A stretch of 7,904 nucleotides of DNA from a virus (taxonomy: Duplodnaviria; Heunggongvirae; Uroviricota; Caudoviricetes), in IMG/VR virus record IMGVR_UViG_2660238352_000010, positions 1 through 7,904 of that record; one strand, 5' to 3'. A model generated the notes under the pieces. The model was not told where the DNA came from, made no database searches, and saw only the letters and a program-made list of their open reading frames with translations. Positions 4,502 through 7,904 of the stretch are shown piece after piece; positions within the stretch are counted from its first letter, which is position 1; the number at the start of each line of letters is the position of its first letter. A program made the translations under genes and the position numbers.

Positions 4502-7500
4502 ATGGGAAAAGGTGGCGGTAAGGCACACACGCCTCGTGAGGCGAAGGATAATCTCAAATCCACGCAGATGATGAGCGTGATTGATGCGGTTGGTGAGGGA
4601 CCGATAGAAGGCCCGGTGAAGGGACTGCAGAGTATCCTGGTGAACAAAACCCCGCTGACGGACACGGACGGTAATCCCGTGATACACGGTGTGACGGCGG
4701 TCTGGCGCGCCGGGGAGCAGGAGCAGACACCACCGGAAGGCTTTGAGTCCTCCGGAGCTGAAACTGTACTGGGCGTGGAAGTGACGAAGGCAAAACCGGT
4801 GACGCGCACCATTACGTCCGCGAACATTGACCGCCTGCGGGTTACCTTCGGGGTGCAGTCACTGGTGCAGACCACGTCAAAGGGTGACCGAAACCCGACA
4901 TCCGTCCGCCTGCTGATTCAGTTACAGCGTAACGGTAACTGGGTGACAGAAAAGGATGTCACCATTAACGGCAAGACCACCTCGCAGTTTCTGGCGTCGG
5001 TGATTCTGGATAATCTGCCTCCCCGTCCTTTTAACATCCGGATGGTCCGGGAGACGGCGGACAGCACCACGGACCAGTTGCAGAACAGAACACTCTGGTC
5101 ATCGTACACCGAAATCATCGATGTGAAACAGTGCTACCCGAACACGGCGATTGTGGGGCTGCAGGTGGATGCGGAGCAGTTCGGTGGTCAGCAGATGACG
5201 GTGAACTACCATATCCGCGGTCGCATCATCCAGGTGCCGTCAAACTATGACCCGGAAAAACGCACCTACAGCGGTATCTGGGACGGCAGTCTGAAACCGG
5301 CATACAGCAACAACCCGGCCTGGTGCCTGTGGGACATGCTGACTCACCCGCGCTACGGGATGGGAAAACGTCTGGGGGCGGCGGATGTGGACAAGTGGGC
5401 GCTGTATGCCATCGGGCAGTACTGCGACCAGACGGTCCCGGATGGTTTCGGGGGCACAGAGCCGCGGATGACCTTTAATGCGTACCTGGCACAACAGCGT
5501 AAGGCGTGGGACGTTCTCAGTGATTTCTGCTCGGCGATGCGCTGTATGCCGGTATGGAACGGCCAGACGCTGACGTTCGTTCAGGACCGCCAGTCGGATG
5601 TGGTGTGGCCGTACACGAACAGCGATGTGGTGGTGGATGATAACGGCGTGGGGTTCCGCTACAGCTTCAGTGCCCTGAAGGACCGGCACACGGCGGTGGA
5701 GGTGAATTACACCGACCCGCAGAACGGCTGGCAGACCTCCACGGAACTGGTGGAAGACCCGGAAGCCATACTGCGCTACGGACGCAACCTGCTGAAGATG
5801 GATGCGTTCGGCTGCACCAGTCGCGGTCAGGCCCACCGTGCCGGGCTGTGGGTGATAAAGACAGAACTGCTGGAAACGCAGACGGTGGATTTCACACTCG
5901 GGTCACAGGGGCTGCGGCACACACCCGGTGACATCATTGAAATCTGTGATAACGACTATGCCGGAACCCTGACCGGCGGACGTGTCCTGTCCATTGATGC
6001 TGCCACCCGCACCCTGACGCTGGACCGTGAAGTGACACTTCCGGGGACAGGTACATCGACGGTGAACCTGATTAACGGCAGCGGTAAGCCGGTGAGTGTG
6101 GACATCACCGCACACCCCGCGCCGGACCGGATACAGGTCAGTACCCTGCCTGATGGTGTGGAGACATACGGGGTGTGGGGACTCTCCCTGCCGTCACTGC
6201 GCCGTCGCCTGTTCCGCTGTGTCTCCATCCGGGAAAACACGGACGGCACCTTTGCCATCACGGCAGTGCAGCACGTACCGGAAAAAGAAGCCATTGTGGA
6301 TAACGGAGCCCGCTTTGAGCCGCAGTCAGGCACCCTGAACAGCGTTATCCCACCGGCAGTGCAGCACCTGACGGTGGAGGTGAGCGCAGCTGACGGCCAG
6401 TATCTGGCGCTGGCGAAATGGGACACGCCGCGGGTGGTGAAGGGCGTGCGCTTCAGTCTGCGCCTGACCAGTGGAAGCGGTGAGAACAGCCGCCTGCTGA
6501 CCACCGCCATCACTGCCGATACGGAGCACCGTTTCAGTGGCCTGCCTCTCGGGGAATACACCCTGACGGTCAGGGCGATTAACAGCTATGGCCAGCAGGG
6601 CGAACCCGCCACCACCACGTTCCGGATTAACGCACCGGCAGCGCCTGCCGGTGTTGAACTGACGCCGGGGTATTTTCAGATAACGGCGGTACCGCGTCTT
6701 GCGGTGTATGACCCGACGGTGCAGTTTGAGTTCTGGTTTTCGGAGGCAAAAATTGCAGACGCCGCACAGGTGGAAACCTCTGCCCGTTATCTGGGGACCG
6801 GCAGTCAGTGGAGTGTCTCCGGCCCGCACATTAAGCCCGGAAAGGATTTCTGGTTTTATGTGCGCAGCGTCAACCTGGTGGGTAAATCTGCTTTTGTGGA
6901 AGCCAGTGGACGGGCGAGCAATGATGCTGCGGGCTATCTGGAACTTTTCCGGGAAAAGATAGGAAAAACGCATCTGGCAGAGGCGCTGTGGGCAGAGATT
7001 GACAACAGTCAGCTGAAGGACGAGATGGCGGAAATGCAGACCACCATCACAGAAACCCGCAATGAAATCACACAGACGGTCAGTAAAACGCTGGAGGACC
7101 AGAGCGCCACCATACAGCAGATACAGCGCGTGCAGAAGGACACAAATGATGACCTTGCTGCACTTTACATGCTGAAGGTACAGAAAACAAAAAATGGCAT
7201 ACCCTATGTTGCCGGTATTGGAGCGGGGATTGAGGATACTGATGGCCAGCCCCTGAGCAACATACTGCTGCTGGCTGACCGTATTGCGATGATTAATCCG
7301 GAGGACGGCAACACCACGCCGTTATTTGTGGCGCAGGGGAATCAGTTGTTCATGAACGATGTGTTCCTGAAGCGGCTGTTTGCGGTGAGTATCACCTCGT
7401 CCGGCAATCCCCCGACGTTTTCCCTGACGCCGGAGGGCAGGCTGACCGCAAGAAATGCTGATATCAGCGGTAACGTGAATGCGAATTCCGGGACGCTCAA

Positions 7501-7904
7501 CAACGTCACGATTAACGAGAACTGTCGGGTTCTGGGAAAACTGTCCGCGAACCAGATTGAAGGCGATCTCGTTAAAACAGTGGGCAAAGCTTTCCCCCGG
7601 GACTCCCGTGCACCGGAGCGGTGGCCATCAGGGACCATTACCGTCAGGGTTTATGACGATCAGCCGTTTGACCGGCAGATTGTTATTCCGGCGGTGGCAT
7701 TCAGTGGCGCTAAGCATAAGAGAGAGCATACTGATATTTACTCCTCATGCCGTCTGATAGTGCGGAAAAACGGTGCTGAAATTTATAACCGTACCGCGCT
7801 GGATAATACGCTGATTTACAGTGGCGTTATTGATATGCCTGCCGGTCACGGTCACATGACACTGGAGTTTTCGGTGTCAGCATGGCTGGTAAATAACTGG
7901 TATC
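4502..7904 (+). CDS. J: Host specificity / central tail fibre protein J, 3' end truncated by the window edge
   Basis: ATG at 4502 with SD GGGGAAGG upstream. The frame is open to the window end (1134 codons). The N-terminus [39 protein letters not shown]… and long stretches (…[31 protein letters not shown]…, …[34 protein letters not shown]…, …[11 protein letters not shown]…) match lambda gpJ as I recall it. It is absent from the ORF track only because no stop lies inside the window. Confidence 0.95.
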   Translation, partial: MGKGGGKAHTPREAKDNLKSTQMMSVIDAVGEGPIEGPVKGLQSILVNKTPLTDTDGNPVIHGVTAVWRAGEQEQTPPEGFESSGAETVLGVEVTKAKPVTRTITSANIDRLRVTFGVQSLVQTTSKGDRNPTSVRLLIQLQRNGNWVTEKDVTINGKTTSQFLASVILDNLPPRPFNIRMVRETADSTTDQLQNRTLWSSYTEIIDVKQCYPNTAIVGLQVDAEQFGGQQMTVNYHIRGRIIQVPSNYDPEKRTYSGIWDGSLKPAYSNNPAWCLWDMLTHPRYGMGKRLGAADVDKWALYAIGQYCDQTVPDGFGGTEPRMTFNAYLAQQRKAWDVLSDFCSAMRCMPVWNGQTLTFVQDRQSDVVWPYTNSDVVVDDNGVGFRYSFSALKDRHTAVEVNYTDPQNGWQTSTELVEDPEAILRYGRNLLKMDAFGCTSRGQAHRAGLWVIKTELLETQTVDFTLGSQGLRHTPGDIIEICDNDYAGTLTGGRVLSIDAATRTLTLDREVTLPGTGTSTVNLINGSGKPVSVDITAHPAPDRIQVSTLPDGVETYGVWGLSLPSLRRRLFRCVSIRENTDGTFAITAVQHVPEKEAIVDNGARFEPQSGTLNSVIPPAVQHLTVEVSAADGQYLALAKWDTPRVVKGVRFSLRLTSGSGENSRLLTTAITADTEHRFSGLPLGEYTLTVRAINSYGQQGEPATTTFRINAPAAPAGVELTPGYFQITAVPRLAVYDPTVQFEFWFSEAKIADAAQVETSARYLGTGSQWSVSGPHIKPGKDFWFYVRSVNLVGKSAFVEASGRASNDAAGYLELFREKIGKTHLAEALWAEIDNSQLKDEMAEMQTTITETRNEITQTVSKTLEDQSATIQQIQRVQKDTNDDLAALYMLKVQKTKNGIPYVAGIGAGIEDTDGQPLSNILLLADRIAMINPEDGNTTPLFVAQGNQLFMNDVFLKRLFAVSITSSGNPPTFSLTPEGRLTARNADISGNVNANSGTLNNVTINENCRVLGKLSANQIEGDLVKTVGKAFPRDSRAPERWPSGTITVRVYDDQPFDRQIVIPAVAFSGAKHKREHTDIYSSCRLIVRKNGAEIYNRTALDNTLIYSGVIDMPAGHGHMTLEFSVSAWLVNNWY

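Noticed and set aside
4221-4521. Perfect Shine-Dalgarno TAAGGAG at 4221-4227 on the + strand, followed by a TTG and an open frame
   Set aside because: The downstream frame is the same artefactual frame-1 ORF that crosses the bidirectional terminator and overlaps J. The motif is more simply the complement of a CUCCUUA element in the minus-strand candidate sRNA.
4014-4526. 170-aa minus ORF (4014..4526) and 163-aa plus ORF (4030..4521) spanning the I-J gap
   Set aside because: Both run through the 3' end of I, through two intrinsic terminators and a promoter, and into the J start. Neither has start context. They are chance open frames in an A/T-rich intergenic island.
5240-6973. Minus-strand ORFs inside J (5240..5836, 5903..6115, 5956..6561, 6326..6973) and small + strand ORFs in other frames (6096..6338, 6699..6962)
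   Set aside because: They lie wholly within the J reading frame region. Their compositions are Arg-rich, antisense-like artefacts. J itself is missing from the ORF track only because it has no in-window stop.
1-7904. CRISPR arrays, tRNA genes, IS elements, integrase or attachment sites
   Set aside because: I looked for direct repeats with regular spacing, tRNA-like T-arm motifs (GGTTCGAATCC-type), and terminal inverted repeats or transposase-like ORFs, and found none that I could support.

Overview
This window is the late region of a lambdoid (P21/Qin-type) prophage of an Enterobacteriaceae host, read left to right on the + strand. It holds a 3' gene fragment of unknown function, two small cargo ORFs, and a pinholin / DUF1327 / SAR-endolysin lysis cassette. 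The endolysin ORF runs in frame straight into the C-terminal 199 codons of tail gene L, followed by K, I and a near-complete J that runs off the window end. This chimera implies a deletion that removed spanins, terminase, head and proximal tail genes, so the element is probably a defective prophage. The most novel-looking signal is a ~340 bp I-J intergenic island carrying a compact minus-strand promoter-to-terminator unit, a candidate ~95 nt sRNA, insulated by a perfect bidirectional terminator. A second, weaker minus-strand unit lies at 461-576. Protein identifications rest on recalled similarity to lambda, P21 and E. coli K-12 Qin proteins; no database search was run.
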